From positions 1,891-65,890 of the forward strand of contig VFJJ01000105.1 of assembly GCA_009886115.1 (NCBI GenBank): a stretch of DNA of 64,000 bases. Direction: 5' to 3'. A program made the translations under genes and the position numbers. Below are positions 62,208-64,000 of the stretch, piece by piece (position 1 is the stretch's first letter; every line of letters starts with the position of its first letter). Source of the DNA: Actinomycetota bacterium. GTDB taxonomy: Bacteria; Actinomycetota; Acidimicrobiia; IMCC26256; VFJJ01. Below the pieces are notes generated by a model. The model had not been told where the DNA came from. It saw only the letters and a program-made list of their open reading frames with translations, and ran no database searches.

Positions 62208-62965
62208 GCGCCGTGGCTTTCCTCACGGTGCTGGGCCGGTCCCGCGCACCCGACCACACGACCATGCGCTGGTTCCCTTTCGTCGGCGCGGCCGTCGGGG
62301 CCGTGGTCGGCGGCTCGTGGTGGGGCGCGCAGCAACTCTGGTCGCCGGGCGTCGCTGCCGCCGTCGCCGTGGCCGTCGATCTCGCGATCACCGGCATGTT
62401 GCACCTCGACGGCCTGGCCGACACGGCCGACGGCCTGCTGCCACATCTCGACCGGGAACGGCGGCTGGCGGTGATGCGCCAGCCCGATGTCGGCGCGTTC
62501 GGCGTCGGCGTGATCGCGATCGTCGTGCTCCTGCGCTGGGCTGCGCTCTCCGGCGCCGGTGAGGCCGGCGGGGGTTCGTGGAACGGTGGCAGCGGGAGCG
62601 CCAGCTTCGCGCCCATCGCCCTGATCGCCGTGTGGTCGATGAGCCGGACGGTCGTAGCCGCCATCCCTGCCTTCGTTCCCTACGCCCGCGATCGCGGGAT
62701 CACGACACCCTTCATCGCCGGCGCCAGCCGACTCCACCTGATGTGGGTGCTGCCTGCTGCGGCGCTGCTCGTCGTTTCCGTCGACCGGACGCGCCCGGGA
62801 GCCGTGCTCACGGCCGTGGTTGCCTCGGCCGCGCTGGTCGCCGTGGCGCTCGGGGTGACGGCACTCGCCCGACGCCGACTCGGCGGTTTCACCGGCGACG
62901 TGCTCGGCGCCGTCGTGCTGGTGGGCGAGACCGCGGCCCTGCTCGCGCTGGCGGCCACACCGTGA
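62201..62965 (+). CDS. cobS: Adenosylcobinamide-GDP ribazoletransferase (cobalamin synthase)
   Basis: The pattern is FLTVLGRS...RWFPFVGAAVG...LAITGMLHLDGLADTADGL...MRQPDVGAFGV. The GTG start overlaps the cobU end by 7 nt. Confidence 0.85.
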   Translation: MLSAVAFLTVLGRSRAPDHTTMRWFPFVGAAVGAVVGGSWWGAQQLWSPGVAAAVAVAVDLAITGMLHLDGLADTADGLLPHLDRERRLAVMRQPDVGAFGVGVIAIVVLLRWAALSGAGEAGGGSWNGGSGSASFAPIALIAVWSMSRTVVAAIPAFVPYARDRGITTPFIAGASRLHLMWVLPAAALLVVSVDRTRPGAVLTAVVASAALVAVALGVTALARRRLGGFTGDVLGAVVLVGETAALLALAATP

Positions 62966-63028
62966 GCGGCCGGGCCGTGCGCGGCCACACCGTGAGCGGC
63001 CGGGCCGTGCGCGGCCGGGCCGTGAGCG
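62951..63028 (+). repeat. 30-nt tandem duplication (2 full + 1 partial unit) of the cobS-stop/cobD-start junction
   Basis: GCGGCCACACCGTGAGCGGCCGGGCCGTGC occurs at 62951-62980 and again at 62981-63010, followed by GCGGCCGGGCCGTGAGCGG. Each unit carries a GTGA stop/start signal. Confidence 0.9.
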
Positions 63029-63993
63029 GTCGTCTTGCCCGTCGGTCGGCCGCTACCGCGCTCGGGCTCCTCCTCGACCGGAGCTTCGGCGAGCCGCCGC
63101 CGCGTGTGCATCCCGTCGCCGTGTTCGGCCGGGCCATGACCCGCGTCGAGGGGTTGGTGTGGCGCGACCGGCGCCGCGATGGCGTGGCGTACACGGCGAT
63201 CGGGGTCACCGTGGGTGCTCTGGGAGGGGCCGCGATCCGCTCGACCGCCGTGGCGGTGGCCATGGTCACGGCGGGACGCGAGCTGCGCCGGGTGGCCGCG
63301 AGCATCGGCGAGGCCTGCGCCCGAGACGACCTCGACGCCGCGCGGGCCGAGCTGCCGTCGCTCGTGGGACGTGATCCGCGCGGGCTCGACGCATCAGCGA
63401 TCGCCGCTGCTGTCATCGAGTCGCTCGCCGAGAACAGCGTCGACGCGGTCGTGGCCCCGGTGTTCTGGGCCGTCGTCGCCGGAGCTCCCGGGGTGGCCGC
63501 CTACCGGGCGGTGAACACGATGGACGCCATGGTCGGCCACCACAGCCCCCGCTACGAGCAATTCGGCTGGGCCTCGGCCCGTCTCGACGATGTCGCCAAC
63601 TACCTGCCGGCTCGCCTGTTCGCGCTGGCCGTCGCCGCCACGAACCCGAGCCGGGCGGGAGCCGTCTGGTCGGCGGTCCGCCACGATGCACCGGCGCACC
63701 CGTCGCCCAACGCCGGCGTCGCCGAGGCGGCCGTCGCCGCGGCCCTCGGCCGCCAACTCGGTGGCCCCCTGCGCTATGGCGACCGGCACGAGGACCGTCC
63801 CGCGCTGGGCTCGGGACCCCGGCCGCAGCCTGTCGACATCGCCGCGGCCATTCGTCTCGTCGACCGGACCGAGCTGGCGGTACTCGCCGTCCTGGGGACG
63901 CTCGGCGCTCTCGGCACGCTCGGCTCTCGCATCGGGGGGGCCCGCCGAGCCGTGCGCGATGCCGGAGCCCGTCCCGACAGGAGGCTCCGTTGA
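62962..63993 (+). CDS. cobD: Adenosylcobinamide-phosphate synthase (CobD/CbiB)
   Basis: The pattern is LLLDRSFGEPP..VHPVAVFGR...GRDP..L....I..A.IESLAEN..D.V.AP.FW...GA.G...YRAVNT.DAMVG.....Y..FGW..ARLDD..N.LPAR. There is a GTGA overlap with cobS; alternative in-frame GTG starts lie in the repeat at 62992 and 63022. Confidence 0.85.
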   Translation: MSGRAVRGHTVSGRAVRGRAVSGRLARRSAATALGLLLDRSFGEPPPRVHPVAVFGRAMTRVEGLVWRDRRRDGVAYTAIGVTVGALGGAAIRSTAVAVAMVTAGRELRRVAASIGEACARDDLDAARAELPSLVGRDPRGLDASAIAAAVIESLAENSVDAVVAPVFWAVVAGAPGVAAYRAVNTMDAMVGHHSPRYEQFGWASARLDDVANYLPARLFALAVAATNPSRAGAVWSAVRHDAPAHPSPNAGVAEAAVAAALGRQLGGPLRYGDRHEDRPALGSGPRPQPVDIAAAIRLVDRTELAVLAVLGTLGALGTLGSRIGGARRAVRDAGARPDRRLR

Positions 63994-64000
63994 TCGACGA

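Noticed and set aside
63990-64000. A possible start (TTG at 63990 overlapping the cobD TGA) of a further cob gene at the window edge.
   Set aside because: Only 11 nt are available, which is too little to call a feature.

Overview
High-GC (roughly 68-70%) actinobacterial-type chromosomal DNA, densely coded, with about 60 supportable genes. No rRNA, tRNA, CRISPR, transposase or integrase is visible. All family calls come from motifs read by eye in the supplied translations; no searches were run. Many long ORFs in the track are Arg/Pro/Gly-rich off-frame or antisense artefacts of the GC content and were discarded.

Gene content, left to right:
- 1-8.1 kb: lipid/steroid-type catabolic genes (DUF35 + thiolase-like, HAD, crotonase, LLM oxidoreductase, amidohydrolase, two TauD dioxygenases, TetR).
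- 8.3-11.7 kb: CDF metal exporter, orphan NuoF-like flavoprotein, SDR.
- 11.8-20.5 kb: the most unusual unit. Eight genes joined by 1- or 4-nt stop/start overlaps: radical SAM, CDP-alcohol phosphatidyltransferase, TVP38/DedA, CxxxxC flavoprotein disulfide reductase, and a YnjBCD-like ABC importer.
- 20.5-32.6 kb: P450 + cupin, DUF202 pair, Uma2 nuclease, SDR/LLM/CoA-transferase, amidohydrolase + paired ferritin-like diiron proteins, Rieske oxygenase.
- 32.6-41.7 kb: a thiamine-pyrimidine salvage-like cluster (TenA, aminotransferase, THI5-like binding protein, permease, amidohydrolase, YkoF-like, ATPase).
- 41.9-50.5 kb: a split B12-dependent acyl-CoA mutase cluster.
- 50.6-57.1 kb: ECF sigma pair, SDR, kinase-like protein, esterase, KstD-like flavoprotein.
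- 57.2-64.0 kb: a cobalamin riboswitch controlling a B12 uptake/salvage operon (btuFCD-like, cobO, cbiZ, cobU, cobS, cobD).

Non-coding structure:
- A 48-nt palindromic element family (3 copies).
- A pair of 51-nt AT-stem hairpins bracketing the ykoF-like gene.
- A 14-nt x 6.7 tandem array.
- Tandem duplications of gene-junction stop/start signals.
- Pervasive short tandem repeats, always multiples of 3 nt inside genes.
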